Shown piece after piece: positions 1 to 9,914 of a DNA stretch of 32,000 nt. The position numbers and the translations under genes were made by a program. The DNA comes from Nitrosomonas europaea (GTDB lineage Bacteria; Pseudomonadota; Gammaproteobacteria; Burkholderiales; Nitrosomonadaceae), in the NCBI RefSeq assembly GCF_900167395.1, contig NZ_FUWK01000003.1:90001-122000 (forward strand), given 5' to 3'. How positions within the stretch are numbered: position 1 is the stretch's first letter; the number at the start of each line of letters is the position of its first letter. The notes beneath the pieces are model-generated. The model was not told the DNA's origin. It was given only the letters and a program-made list of their open reading frames with translations, and made no database searches.

Positions 1-491
1 TCCGCTTTGAGATTCTGGCAGTGCTGGCGCCAGATCATGTACTCGGTAACAAACGGGTACTGGAGGCGGTTGATTTTGCACAGGATGTATTGATTACCTA
101 TTCGGTCCCCGAGGAACGGATCGATCTGATCCGGCAGGTGTTGATTCCCGCTGGCGTCAGCTGGCAGCGGCGAACGACCGAGCTGACCGTGGCCATTCTG
201 CAACTGGTGGCGAGCCGGCGGGGAATTGCCGCGTTGCCCGGTTGGGGCATCAAAAACTATCTGGATTACGAGTATGTGATTGCCAAACGTATCGGCACCC
301 GTGGATTGTGGAGCGATCTGTACCTTTCGGTGCGGGAAGAGGATGCCTCATTGCGTTATCTGCAGGATTTTCTGGAGACTATTGGTCAGATCTGCTTTGC
401 CAGGCTGGATGGAATCAGGCCACTGAGCGGGAAAAGGAAAGAGAAAAAACGAGAGGCCAGAAAGACGATCGGGCAGTCATCTCCGGTTTAA
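1..491 (+). CDS. metR: LysR-family transcriptional regulator, MetR-like (C-terminal part; the 5' end lies outside the window)
   Basis: The frame is open from base 3. The effector-domain blocks LAPDH, LITYSV, PAGVS, LQLVASRRGIAALPGW and GLWSDLYLSVR parallel the E. coli MetR blocks LVLAPDH, LLIYPV, PAGVS, IQMVAARMGIAALPHW and GLWSRLYAAVR (recalled from memory). Confidence 0.75.
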   Translation, partial: RFEILAVLAPDHVLGNKRVLEAVDFAQDVLITYSVPEERIDLIRQVLIPAGVSWQRRTTELTVAILQLVASRRGIAALPGWGIKNYLDYEYVIAKRIGTRGLWSDLYLSVREEDASLRYLQDFLETIGQICFARLDGIRPLSGKRKEKKREARKTIGQSSPV

Positions 492-539
492 GGAAGGCGA
501 CTGCCCGGTATGGGTCGTTTGCTTATCAGACTTGCAGGA

Positions 540-1280
540 TCAGTGCAGGGTGGCTGCGGTTTTTTCCTCGCAAATGAGATTGGCACAGTAATTTTCGTGG
601 ATACCATCCAGGAATTTCCACAGTGCATCGCAAGCCCGGCGTGTAGCGGCCAGTACTTCAGCCTGTTTTTCCGGTGTATCGGCAAATTTCTCGATGATTG
701 CCCATTCGGCTTGTGAATGGAAGATATCGGCTGTCTGATGAACCGAGAAGAATTCGTAGCTGTCCGGATCTTTCATACCGTAAAACTTGGCCAGACCATC
801 GATTTTGACGGCAGCAATATCAGGCACCTGAGATTCGAACGCATGTAATGCGGCCAATCCTGCATAGAATGGTTCGTTGATGCAGATATCACGGAAAGTT
901 GCCACCAGGTTTTCTGTTTCCGGCAGCGCATCGGCTTGTGTCAGGCTGGCATCGTCGGCTCCCAGCGCAAATGCAAATGCTTTCCACAGAGCAGGATGAT
1001 TTTTCTCTCCGTGTTCTTCATCGATCAGGTTTTTCAGAACTTCCTGACGAATGCTGATATCACCACTATTTTCCACATTATGGAAATGCGGGGTATTGAA
1101 GTGAACTGCGCTGAGATAGGTAGGCTCTGCCAGCACATTGTAGAAATACTGCTCAGCATAGTGGCGTAACTGTTCACGAGTCAGTTTGCCTTCGGTCCAG
1201 GCAATGTAGAACGGATGCTGCAGCAGGTGTCTGCTTTGAATGATGGAATCGACCTGTTGCTTGAATGTGTTTGTAGCCAT
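540..1280 (-). CDS. CADD/CT610-type heme-oxygenase-like di-metal oxidase (TenA/PqqC superfamily); candidate non-canonical p-aminobenzoate synthase
   Basis: 246 aa. The blocks HPFYIAWTEGKLTREQL, LIDEEHGEKNHPALWKAFAFALG, ALHAFESQVPDIA and FSVHQTADIFHS match Chlamydia CT610/CADD (HTFYVKWSKGELTKEQL, LMDEENGYPNHIDLWKQFVFALG, ALYSYESQIPRIA, FTEHEEADVRHA). The E/H/E/H/D/H ligand pattern is present. A GGAG RBS lies upstream of the ATG. Confidence 0.8.
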   Translation of the reverse strand: MATNTFKQQVDSIIQSRHLLQHPFYIAWTEGKLTREQLRHYAEQYFYNVLAEPTYLSAVHFNTPHFHNVENSGDISIRQEVLKNLIDEEHGEKNHPALWKAFAFALGADDASLTQADALPETENLVATFRDICINEPFYAGLAALHAFESQVPDIAAVKIDGLAKFYGMKDPDSYEFFSVHQTADIFHSQAEWAIIEKFADTPEKQAEVLAATRRACDALWKFLDGIHENYCANLICEEKTAATLH

Positions 1281-1486
1281 GAAAAGCTCCTGTTCAGAGT
1301 GAAATGAAATAATATGATGCTTTTTTTATCATCGCCAATTCGGTAAATGAAGTCAAATTGATACAAGGATTTCATGCCCGGGAACCGTATCTGTTTCATG
1401 GGCGGAAAGTCATGTTACAATTACAGCTTGCAATATGGCGCGATGATAGAATGGCCGTTTTTCAATAAAAATCAGAGAGAAATATT

Positions 1487-2737
1487 ATGTTTTCACAGAG
1501 CTTGACGATTGAGCAGGTCGATCCGGATTTATGGCAGGCTATCAAAGGTGAAGTACAGCGGCAGGAAGATCATATCGAGCTGATTGCCTCGGAAAATTAT
1601 GCCAGTCCGGCCGTTTTACAGGCACAGGGTACCGTACTGACAAACAAGTATGCTGAAGGGTATCCGGGCAAGCGGTATTACGGGGGGTGCAGGTATGTGG
1701 ATATCGTCGAGCAGCTTGCTATCGACCGTCTCCGGAATCTGTTCAATGCGGAATATGTCAACGTGCAGCCACACTCCGGTTCTCAGGCAAATGCCGCGGT
1801 CTATCTGTCGGCTCTGAAGCCCGGAGATACGCTCCTGGGTATGTCGCTGGCTCATGGTGGACATTTGACTCACGGATCAGCAGTCAATATGAGTGGCAAG
1901 ATATTCAATTCAATCTCTTACGGTCTGAATCCGGAAACCGAAGAGATCGATTACGCAGAACTGGAGCGGCTTGCACATGAGCATAAACCGCGCATGATCG
2001 TGGCTGGAGCATCCTCCTATGCACGAGTCATAGACTGGAAAGCTTTTCGTCAGATTGCTGACAACGTGGGTGCCTATCTGTTTGTTGATATGGCGCACTA
2101 TGCCGGATTGATTGCTGCCGGTTACTATCCCAATCCTGTGGGAATCGCTGATTTTGTCACCAGTACCACACATAAAACACTGCGTGGTCCGCGTGGCGGA
2201 GTAATCATGGCCAAGCCGGAACATGAAAAGGCACTCAATTCGGCAGTATTTCCGCAGACACAAGGCGGCCCGCTGATGCATGTCATCGCGGCCAAAGCAG
2301 TGGCTTTCAAGGAAGCCTCCAGCCAGGCGTTCAAGGATTACCAGAAGCAGGTCATCGAGAATGCACGTGTCATGGCAAGGGTGCTGCAACAGCGCGGCCT
2401 GCGTATCGTATCTGGCCGTACGGATTGCCATATGTTCCTGGTCGATCTGCGTGCCAAAAATCTGACAGGAAGGGAGGCAGAATCCGCGCTGGAGGCGGCG
2501 CATATTACCGTCAACAAGAATGCGATTCCGAATGATCCGCAAAAACCTTTCGTTACCAGTGGAATACGGATCGGTACTCCGGCCATTACTACGCGCGGAT
2601 TCAAGGAGCCTGAGTCCGAGGAACTTGCCAATCTGGTGGCTGATGTGCTGGATGCTCCGGCCAACACAGCAGTGCTGGATCAGGTCGCCCGGAAAGCGCA
2701 GGCATTGTGTACGAAGTTTCCGGTGTATGGAAACTGA
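1487..2737 (+). CDS. glyA: serine hydroxymethyltransferase
   Basis: 416 aa. Classic SHMT blocks are present: [24 protein letters not shown] and the PLP-lysine motif [14 protein letters not shown]. Confidence 0.97.
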   Translation: MFSQSLTIEQVDPDLWQAIKGEVQRQEDHIELIASENYASPAVLQAQGTVLTNKYAEGYPGKRYYGGCRYVDIVEQLAIDRLRNLFNAEYVNVQPHSGSQANAAVYLSALKPGDTLLGMSLAHGGHLTHGSAVNMSGKIFNSISYGLNPETEEIDYAELERLAHEHKPRMIVAGASSYARVIDWKAFRQIADNVGAYLFVDMAHYAGLIAAGYYPNPVGIADFVTSTTHKTLRGPRGGVIMAKPEHEKALNSAVFPQTQGGPLMHVIAAKAVAFKEASSQAFKDYQKQVIENARVMARVLQQRGLRIVSGRTDCHMFLVDLRAKNLTGREAESALEAAHITVNKNAIPNDPQKPFVTSGIRIGTPAITTRGFKEPESEELANLVADVLDAPANTAVLDQVARKAQALCTKFPVYGN

Positions 2738-2764
2738 TGTTCGTTTCAATTTGGAGGTGTGGCG

Positions 2765-3244
2765 GTGAGATGTCCGTTCTGCGGTGCTGAGGATACCAGT
2801 GTAGTTGATTCGCGAATCAGTGAGGAAGGTGCACGGATCAGGCGCAGACGGCGTTGCGTGGAATGCGAGAAGCGCTTTACAACCTATGAGACGGTTGAAT
2901 TGCGTTTCCCGCAGGTCATCAAGCAAGATGGTAATCGTGTGGAATTCAACCGGGAAAAACTCTACACCAGCTTTGCCCGGGCGTTGCACAAACGCCCGGT
3001 TCCAACCGGGCAGGTGGATGCTGCAATCGAGCGCATACTGCAAAAACTGCTGGGAAGCGGGGTGCAGGAAATTTCATCACGCACGATCGGTGAATGGGTC
3101 ATGCAGGAGCTTTACAGCCTGGATAAAGTGGCTTACATACGCTTTGCTTCGGTATACAGAAGTTTTGAGGATGTAGGAGATTTTCAGGAAGTCATCAGGG
3201 AAGTTCAGTCGTCTCCGCAGAACGGTGATGGCCCATCCTCCTGA
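2765..3244 (+). CDS. nrdR: transcriptional repressor NrdR (ATP-cone / zinc ribbon)
   Basis: Zinc ribbon CPFC...CVEC followed by an ATP-cone. The ORF track starts at the GTG at 2759. I prefer the GTG at 2765, which gives MRCPFCG. GGAGG at 2753-2757 sits 7 nt upstream of it. Confidence 0.9.
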   Translation: MRCPFCGAEDTSVVDSRISEEGARIRRRRRCVECEKRFTTYETVELRFPQVIKQDGNRVEFNREKLYTSFARALHKRPVPTGQVDAAIERILQKLLGSGVQEISSRTIGEWVMQELYSLDKVAYIRFASVYRSFEDVGDFQEVIREVQSSPQNGDGPSS

Positions 3245-3359
3245 CAAGAATTAAAACGGCTACTTGCTTTTCAGTATCATTTTCACCGCATTGAATCAAG
3301 CAATCAGCCTGAATCGAGGAGATTGTGGTCGTACAAAAAGAGATTGCCGGGCAATTCCG

Positions 3360-4589
3360 TCAGTTTGCCTGTTTGCCGCTTTGTTCGGTTACGAGGGTAA
3401 CTTTCGCAAACTTTCTCTTGCCAATCTGGGCAATGACGGTGACATTGGATGGGATGATCCGGGTTTTGTCGCTTACCTTATCTCCATTCAGTTTTACCCC
3501 GCCCTGCTCGATCATGCGCAGAGCTTCACTGGTACTGGCAGTCAACCCGGCCAGCTTGAGCAGTTGTGGAAGAGCCAGTCCGGCATCCTGAATATACAGC
3601 TTCTTCTCCGGAATATCGTCAGGGATGACACCTTTGCTGAAACGGGCTTCGAATTCTTCTGCCGCTCGAACGGCATCAGTCTGACTATGGAAACGTGCCA
3701 CGATTTCCCGAGCGAATCGCATTTTGATTTCACGCGGATTACAGCCTGATTCCACTTCATTTTGCCACTGGCGTACGGTTTCCAGTGATTCAAAAGACAG
3801 TAATTCGATATAACGCCACATCAGAGTATCGCTTACCGACATCAGTTTGCCGAATATCTCAGCAGGTGATTCATTGATGCCGACATAGTTGTTGAGTGAC
3901 TTGGACATTTTCTGGATACCATCGAGTCCTTCCAGAAGAGGCATGGTCAGGATGCATTGGGGTGGCTGACCATAATGCTTCTGTAATTCACGTCCTACCA
4001 GTAAATTGAATTTCTGATCGGTGCCGCCCAGTTCGAGATCAGCCTTCAATGCCACTGAATCGTAGCCCTGAACGAGCGGATAAAGAAACTCATGAATGGC
4101 GATTGGCCGGTTCTCGTGATAGCGTTTGCTGAAATCGTCCCGCTCCAGCATGCGTGCGACAGTATAAGTGGCCGCTAGCCTGATGACATCCGCCGCGCTG
4201 AATTTATCCATCCACGATGAATTGAAAACCACCTCTGTCTGCTCAGGTTTAAGTATTTTGAATACCTGAGATGCATAAGTGTCTGCATTTTGCGTAATCT
4301 GCTCGCGTGTCAGGGGCGGACGTGTGGCGCTTTTGCCGCTGGGATCACCAATCATTCCGGTAAAATCACCAATCAGAAACAGAATATGATGGCCGAGATC
4401 CTGAAGCTGGCGCAGCTTGTTCAGCAGGACGGTATGTCCCAGATGCAGATCCGGTGCGGTTGGGTCAAAGCCGGCTTTAACTCTGAGAGGCCTGCCCTGG
4501 GCGAGCTTCTGTGCGAATTCCTCTTCGATCAGCAGCTCCTGACAGCCGCGCCTGATTAGCTGCAGTTGATGAGAAATTGATTCAGACAC
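3360..4589 (-). CDS. tyrS: tyrosine--tRNA ligase (type with C-terminal S4-like domain)
   Basis: 409 aa. HIGH-type motif (DLHLGHTV) and KMSKS motif, with a C-terminal S4-like RNA-binding tail. Confidence 0.95.
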   Translation of the reverse strand: MSESISHQLQLIRRGCQELLIEEEFAQKLAQGRPLRVKAGFDPTAPDLHLGHTVLLNKLRQLQDLGHHILFLIGDFTGMIGDPSGKSATRPPLTREQITQNADTYASQVFKILKPEQTEVVFNSSWMDKFSAADVIRLAATYTVARMLERDDFSKRYHENRPIAIHEFLYPLVQGYDSVALKADLELGGTDQKFNLLVGRELQKHYGQPPQCILTMPLLEGLDGIQKMSKSLNNYVGINESPAEIFGKLMSVSDTLMWRYIELLSFESLETVRQWQNEVESGCNPREIKMRFAREIVARFHSQTDAVRAAEEFEARFSKGVIPDDIPEKKLYIQDAGLALPQLLKLAGLTASTSEALRMIEQGGVKLNGDKVSDKTRIIPSNVTVIAQIGKRKFAKVTLVTEQSGKQAN

Positions 4590-4682
4590 GGCTACTCAAC
4601 AAAAAATCAGTCGTCATCATATTTATGCATTTCCATGTTAGACTTAAAAAGTTTCCAACAGACGAAATAGGAGTGATGGCAT

Positions 4683-6014
4683 TTGATTTACTACCAGTCA
4701 CCTCGCAAAAGAAGAAGCATTCTAGCGCAAAAGCTCGCTGTTCTCGCACAAAAAAAAGTACGCTGGATAACCATTTTGTCCAGTTTGCCGTTATTCGGAA
4801 TGGTTACTGCCTTCGGGATCGTTCCTGATGCTCCCCCGCATGAAATACCTGGTAAAAAAATCGTTCGTCCTTTACAGCTTCCGGAAAAATTTGCATCTTC
4901 TGACCCCGAGATGACATTCTGGCACCAGGAAAGTATACGCCGGGGGGATACCATTGTAGCGATTCTTGCTCGCCTTGAAATCAGCCAGGAAGATAAAAAC
5001 AATTTTCTGGATGCGACTCGTGGCAGCAAGGCAATGAGCCAGCTTAAGCCGGGCGAAGTCGTTCATGCGGAAACTCGTCCAGATGGAGAATTGCTGACAT
5101 TACGTTATTTCTATGGAAATGGTGAGCAGTTCCAGGTTGAAAAAGTGGACGGTGCGTTTGAACTGAGTGAGCAATCCGGTAAAAGTGATACTCATATCCA
5201 GATCGGTTCAGGGGTAATCAGCACTTCATTGTTTGCAGCCGTTGATAAGGCCGATTTGCCGAGTACAATTGCTTCTCAGATGATCGATATTTTCTCCAGC
5301 AGTATCGACTTCCATCGGGATATCCAGAAAGGTGACTATTTTACAGTCGTTTATGAATCCAGGCAGGATGAAGGTGGAAAAATTCAGGTGGGCCGAGTGC
5401 TTGCAGTAGAGTTTTTCAATAAGGGTAAATCCCGGAGAGCCGTTTATTTTCAACCATCAGACGGTAAGGGTGAATACTACACACCTGAAGGAGAAAGCCT
5501 GCGTCGACCTTTCCTGATGGCACCTCTGAAATTTTCCCGGATCAGCTCCGGATTCTCCAATGCGCGCTATCATCCCATATTGAAGCGATGGCGCGCCCAC
5601 AGGGGAGTCGACTATGCTGCTCCGAGAGGAGTGCCTGTGATGGCGACGGCGGATGGTATCGTTGAATACAAGGGCTGGCAGAATGGCTACGGAAATTTGG
5701 TGGTACTCAAACATAATGCACAGTACAGCTCTGCGTATGGTCATCTTTCGGGTTTCGACAAGAGATTGCAGAAAGGAAAGCGTGTCAGGCAGGGGGATGT
5801 TATCGGTTTTGTTGGGTCAACCGGAATGGCAACCGGTCCGCATCTCCACTATGAGTTACGGGTAAACGGTGTTCAGCGTGATCCTTCCAGAATCGTCATG
5901 CCGGCTGCTCAGCCCATTAGTAAGAAACATTATTCAACTTTCCGTAGACAAACCAGCGAGTTGCTTTCCCAGCTTGATCTGCTGCGTAATTCCAGCTTTG
6001 CTGCGTTGAACTGA
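4683..6014 (+). CDS. membrane-anchored M23 (LytM-type) murein endopeptidase
   Basis: M23 metal motifs HRGVDYAAP and GPHLHYE, with an N-terminal TM segment WITILSSLPLFGMVTAFGIV. The start is uncertain. The first in-frame ATG (4800) would cut the TM helix, so a non-ATG start such as the TTG at 4683 is implied. Confidence 0.85.
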   Translation: MIYYQSPRKRRSILAQKLAVLAQKKVRWITILSSLPLFGMVTAFGIVPDAPPHEIPGKKIVRPLQLPEKFASSDPEMTFWHQESIRRGDTIVAILARLEISQEDKNNFLDATRGSKAMSQLKPGEVVHAETRPDGELLTLRYFYGNGEQFQVEKVDGAFELSEQSGKSDTHIQIGSGVISTSLFAAVDKADLPSTIASQMIDIFSSSIDFHRDIQKGDYFTVVYESRQDEGGKIQVGRVLAVEFFNKGKSRRAVYFQPSDGKGEYYTPEGESLRRPFLMAPLKFSRISSGFSNARYHPILKRWRAHRGVDYAAPRGVPVMATADGIVEYKGWQNGYGNLVVLKHNAQYSSAYGHLSGFDKRLQKGKRVRQGDVIGFVGSTGMATGPHLHYELRVNGVQRDPSRIVMPAAQPISKKHYSTFRRQTSELLSQLDLLRNSSFAALN

Positions 6015-6046
6015 TTCAGTTCCGGGCAGTACACATATCGGATGAA

Positions 6047-7138
6047 ATGTATTACGTCGGCATCATGTCGGGTACCAGTCTGGATGGTATCGATGCAGTA
6101 CTGGTAGATTTCTCCGGGCCGTCGTTTTCGCTGCTGCATACTTGTTATATTCCCTATGATCAGTCTCTCCGAGCTGCGCTGTTGGGCCTGAATCAGGCCG
6201 GTGAAAATGAACTGCACCGTGCAGCTATACTGAGTAACCAGTTGTCAGGGTGGTATGCGCAAGCAGTGGGACGGTTGCTTGAGAAATCCGGGATTGATCC
6301 CGGGGAGATCATAGCAGTTGGCTGCCATGGCCAGACGATCAGGCATTGCCCGCAACCGGAAAACGGCTACAGTATCCAACTGGTAAATGGTGCCCTGCTG
6401 GCGGAATTGACAGGTATGACTGTCGTGACTGATTTCAGGAGTCGTGATATTGCTGCCGGAGGGCAGGGAGCACCACTGGTTCCTGCATTTCATCATGAAA
6501 TGTTTGCACACCGGGATATTCACCGCCTGATCATCAATATCGGTGGGATCACCAATATAACCAGTTTACCCGTCAGTGGCGGTGTGAATGGCTTTGACTG
6601 TGGACCAGGGAATATGTTGATGGATGCCTGGTGTCTGAAGCATACAGGTATGACTTATGACCACAATGGATCATGGGCGGAATCAGGAAGGGTGATCAAT
6701 CCACTACTGGAAAATCTGCTGAATTTTCCCTATTTTTCTTTGCCACCACCAAAAAGTACCGGCAGAGAAATGTTCAGTCTTGACTGGTTGCAACCTTGTT
6801 TGAGGGGTGATGAAGCTACACAGGATGTTCAGTCCACGTTGCTGCAGTTGACTGTGCGAACGATCACCGATTCAGTCGAGACTTACTATCCTGCTGTCCG
6901 TGAGCTCTATTTATGCGGGGGAGGGGCGCATAACGGCACCCTGGTTACCCGGTTGCAGCAGCAATTACCGGGTCGGAGAATCAACCTAACTGATGCACTG
7001 GGTATCGAGGCTGACTGGGTGGAGGCGTGCGCATTCGCCTGGCTGGCGCGACAATCGATTGAACGCGCTCCTGGCAATCTTCCTGCTGTAACCGGCGCAA
7101 CTGGCAGCCGGACGCTGGGTGCGATTTACCCGGCCTGA
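6047..7138 (+). CDS. anmK: anhydro-N-acetylmuramic acid kinase
   Basis: 363 aa. N-terminal GIMSGTSLDGIDAV, and the overall length and pattern typical of AnmK. Confidence 0.92.
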   Translation: MYYVGIMSGTSLDGIDAVLVDFSGPSFSLLHTCYIPYDQSLRAALLGLNQAGENELHRAAILSNQLSGWYAQAVGRLLEKSGIDPGEIIAVGCHGQTIRHCPQPENGYSIQLVNGALLAELTGMTVVTDFRSRDIAAGGQGAPLVPAFHHEMFAHRDIHRLIINIGGITNITSLPVSGGVNGFDCGPGNMLMDAWCLKHTGMTYDHNGSWAESGRVINPLLENLLNFPYFSLPPPKSTGREMFSLDWLQPCLRGDEATQDVQSTLLQLTVRTITDSVETYYPAVRELYLCGGGAHNGTLVTRLQQQLPGRRINLTDALGIEADWVEACAFAWLARQSIERAPGNLPAVTGATGSRTLGAIYPA

Positions 7139-7142
7139 GACT

Positions 7143-7517
7143 TCAGACCGAGAAGGAAGAGCCGCATCCGCATGTGCTGGCTGCGGATGGATTTTTGATA
7201 ACGAACTGTGCGCCTTGGGCACTTTCCTGATAGTCGATTTCTGCGCCTACCAGGTACTGAAAGCTCATCGAATCGACCAATAGTTTCACTCCCTGCTTTT
7301 CCATCACGAAATCATCTTCGTTGACGATCTCATCGAAGGTAAAGCCGTATTGGAACCCGGAGCAGCCGCCACCACTGACGAAAACCCTTAATTTGAGCGC
7401 CTGATTATCCTCTTCTTCAATCAGTTCTTTTACTTTGCTGGCAGCACCATCGGTAAAATTCAATGGAGGTTGAGCTGCACTTGTTTCTTCATGGATCGTT
7501 GTACCCATTTTGTTCAC
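7143..7517 (-). CDS. erpA: iron-sulfur cluster insertion protein ErpA (A-type carrier)
   Basis: [23 protein letters not shown] and the C-terminal [11 protein letters not shown] are near-identical in pattern to E. coli ErpA. The start could be the internal Met at 7508. Confidence 0.93.
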   Translation of the reverse strand: MNKMGTTIHEETSAAQPPLNFTDGAASKVKELIEEEDNQALKLRVFVSGGGCSGFQYGFTFDEIVNEDDFVMEKQGVKLLVDSMSFQYLVGAEIDYQESAQGAQFVIKNPSAASTCGCGSSFSV

Positions 7518-7774
7518 CTGTCTATGTGATTGGTTATTCCAATAGTTGAACAGTCAGGATTGTTTATGCCATTAACACGAGATGTGCAGTAGAAATTTTT
7601 CTGAATATCTCATGAATGCCTGACATGCCTGTAAACGCAAGCACTTTTCAGGAATCCGTGACATGATGGTTTTGCCGGTACCGGTAACCTGCAGTAAAGT
7701 AACATACCATCATAAATATGGTTTGAGGAACTGCCAAACCGTATTGTATACAGAATATTCAGGCATATAAACGG

Positions 7775-8164
7775 CTATGCTGTTTTCTTCTGAATGAACT
7801 CTATTTTGTAACCATCCGGATCCTCTATGAAGGCGATAACGGTAGCCCCATGCTTCATCGGACCTGCTTCGCGCGTAACGCGACCACCAAGATTCCGGAC
7901 TTTCTCACAGGCTTCATAGGCATTGTCGACTTCAATGGCAATATGTCCAAAACCTGTTCCGAGATCGTAGTGATCGGTTTCCCAGTTATGAGTCAGTTCC
8001 AGTACCGTACCTTCTGTTTCACTTTGATAACCGACAAAAGCGAGGGTGAATTTTCCCTCCGGGTAGTCCTTGCGGCGCAGGATCTGCATTCCCAGAACAT
8101 CGGTATAAAACCGGATCGAACGTTCCAGATTGCCTACCCGCAACATGGTATGAAGAATACGCAT
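7775..8164 (-). CDS. gloA: lactoylglutathione lyase (glyoxalase I)
   Basis: 129 aa. [20 protein letters not shown]...GYQ...LELTHNW...GHIA...GYKIE is the GloA/VOC pattern. Confidence 0.93.
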   Translation of the reverse strand: MRILHTMLRVGNLERSIRFYTDVLGMQILRRKDYPEGKFTLAFVGYQSETEGTVLELTHNWETDHYDLGTGFGHIAIEVDNAYEACEKVRNLGGRVTREAGPMKHGATVIAFIEDPDGYKIEFIQKKTA

Positions 8165-8352
8165 TACACCTTGACCATTTCAAAATCTTCTTTCCGTGCA
8201 CCACATTCAGGACATGTCCAGTTCATGGGAACGTCTTCCCAGCGGGTTCCGGCAGGAATACCATCCTGTGGCCACCCTTCTGCTTCGTCATAGATGAAAC
8301 CACAAATCATGCACATATAACGATTGTAAACCTGGTTGTCCTCTGTAGTCAT
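8164..8352 (-). CDS. rubredoxin
   Basis: 62 aa with the two CxxCG knuckles (CMICG, CPECG) and the WEDVP/W motif. Its TAA stop overlaps the gloA ATG (TAATG at 8162-8166). Confidence 0.93.
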   Translation of the reverse strand: MTTEDNQVYNRYMCMICGFIYDEAEGWPQDGIPAGTRWEDVPMNWTCPECGARKEDFEMVKV

Positions 8353-8404
8353 AATAGATAAGTAGATTTGCTTAAGTTAAAATGACATTTTACGGTATTA
8401 GTGC

Positions 8405-9250
8405 ATGTCTCTACCACCACCAATCGTATTATCCTTTGCTGCCAGCGACCCGAGCGGGGGGGCTGGTATCCAGGCGGACATACTGACACTTGCCGGAATG
8501 GGCTGCCATCCGCTTACTGTGCTTACTGCCGTGACTGTGCAGGATACGACCGGTGTTGAGGATATATTCGTGATGGATGCCGAATGGGTTACTGATCAGG
8601 CACGGACCGTTCTGCAGGATATGCCGGTACAGGCATTCAAGATCGGCATGCTGGGCAGTGTTGAAATCATCTCGGCCATTGCTGAAATCATATCGGATTA
8701 TCCGGATATCCCGTTGGTGCTGGATCCCGTCCTGGCTTCCGGCCGCGGTGACACGTTTGCCAATGAAGAAGTCATTGCGGCCATGCGTGAAATGCTGTTT
8801 CCTCAGGCAACCATTGTTACACCCAATAGTATGGAAGCCAGGCGTATTGCGCTCGATGACGAGGATGATCCGGAAATACTGGATCTGAAACAGAGTGCAG
8901 ACCGGCTGCTGCAATGGGGATGTGGTTATGTGCTCATCAAAGGCGCTCACGAAAACACGCCAGAGGTAGTCAACATACTTTACGATGCCAATGGCGTGGT
9001 CCGCTCCGATGCGTGGCAGCGTTTACCCGGATCGTTTCATGGTTCGGGGTGTACCTTGTCTTCTGCAATAGCGGCCTCACTCGCTCATGGTATGTCGATT
9101 ATGGATAGTGTGTATGAGGCGCAGGATTTTACCTGGCATACACTCAAGGCAGGTTTCCGTCCTGGAATGGGGCAGTATATTCCGGACAGGTTTTTCTGGA
9201 CAGAGAGCGAAAATCCGGAGGAAGAGACTGGCGGTGGTACCAGCAGCTGA
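8405..9250 (+). CDS. thiD: hydroxymethylpyrimidine / phosphomethylpyrimidine kinase
   Basis: [13 protein letters not shown]...KIGML...TPN..E...LIKGAH...[11 protein letters not shown] is the ThiD pattern. Confidence 0.93.
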
Positions 9251-9254
9251 ACCT

Positions 9255-9878
9255 ATGAAACAGGGTGGAGTAAGTGGTCTTTATGCAATTACCCCCGATA
9301 TGGCAGATACCGGTCGGTTGTGTGATGCAGTTCGTCAGGCGTTAGCTGGTGGAGTGAGCTGGCTCCAATACCGGAACAAAACGGCCGACAGCCGATTGCG
9401 ACTTGTGCAAGCTGCGGAGATTCATCTGCTCTGCAGGCAGTTTCAGGTTCCCCTGATCGTCAACGATCACCTGGATCTGGCCATGGAGATCGATGCAGAG
9501 GGCTTACATGTGGGTGGGGATGACATTTCTCCGGCGGTAGCCAGATGTCATTTGGGCCAGGATAAAATTATCGGGGTCTCCTGTTACAATCAGCTCGACC
9601 GCGCGATCGAAGCGGAAGAAGCAGGAGCAGATTATGTTGCGTTTGGCGCTTTTTATCCATCCATGACCAAAACGGGAACGTATCAGGCGCCGATTGAGTT
9701 GCTGACTGCTGCAAAAAAGAAACTGGGTATTCCTGTCGTGGCAATTGGCGGTATCGATTTGGATAATGCCGGAATGTTGATTGCTAGCGGATGTGATGCT
9801 GTGGCTGTCAGTCAGGCTTTGTTCGGTGCACAAGATATCCAGTCTGCCGCGCGGTATTTCTCAGAATTATTTGATTGA
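9255..9878 (+). CDS. thiE: thiamine-phosphate synthase
   Basis: GLYAITPD...LQYRNK...[10 protein letters not shown]...GLHVG..D...GVSCY...[13 protein letters not shown]...VVAIGGI. I start at the ATG at 9255. The longer track ORF from 9087 overlaps thiD and is an upstream extension. Confidence 0.92.
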
Positions 9879-9914
9879 ATCAAAAGTTTCTCAATAATCT
9901 TTATAAACATTCCA

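Noticed and set aside
1281-1486. Possible riboswitch (ZTP/pfl, THF, glycine) or MetR box in the 206-bp divergent region upstream of glyA. A TTTCATG heptamer repeat occurs at 1370 and 1394.
   Set aside because: I could not find the conserved ZTP core (CCGCCTGGGC-like), other riboswitch cores, or a TGAA-N5-TTCA MetR site. The heptamer repeat alone is weak evidence. A covariance-model scan would be needed.
1910-3043. Long antisense ORFs in the six-frame track. Examples: 1910-3043(-) 377 aa, 3264-3749(+), 8429-8950(-), 10728-11240(-), 12203-12748(+), 17299-18027(+), 25461-25958(-), 28177-28809(+), 28825-29427(+).
   Set aside because: Each lies entirely opposite a gene with unambiguous family motifs. 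Each has a low-complexity, Arg/Ser/Cys-rich translation with no recognisable domain, and none has a sensible RBS. They are shadow ORFs of the real genes.
8353-8404. TPP riboswitch expected upstream of thiamine genes thiD and thiE.
   Set aside because: The rubredoxin-thiD divergent spacer is only 52 nt. That is too short to hold a THI-box aptamer, and no THI-box core sequence is visible.
9087-9254. Upstream ORF extensions offered by the track: thiE from 9087, PPIase from 15044, M16 peptidase to 18717, ABC ATPase to 31715, DUF488 from 31188, amoC to 23359, His-rich protein from 23816, reductase from 13363.
   Set aside because: The extensions overlap neighbouring genes or lack homology-like sequence. 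Internal ATGs give canonical N-termini or signal peptides with an appropriately spaced RBS.
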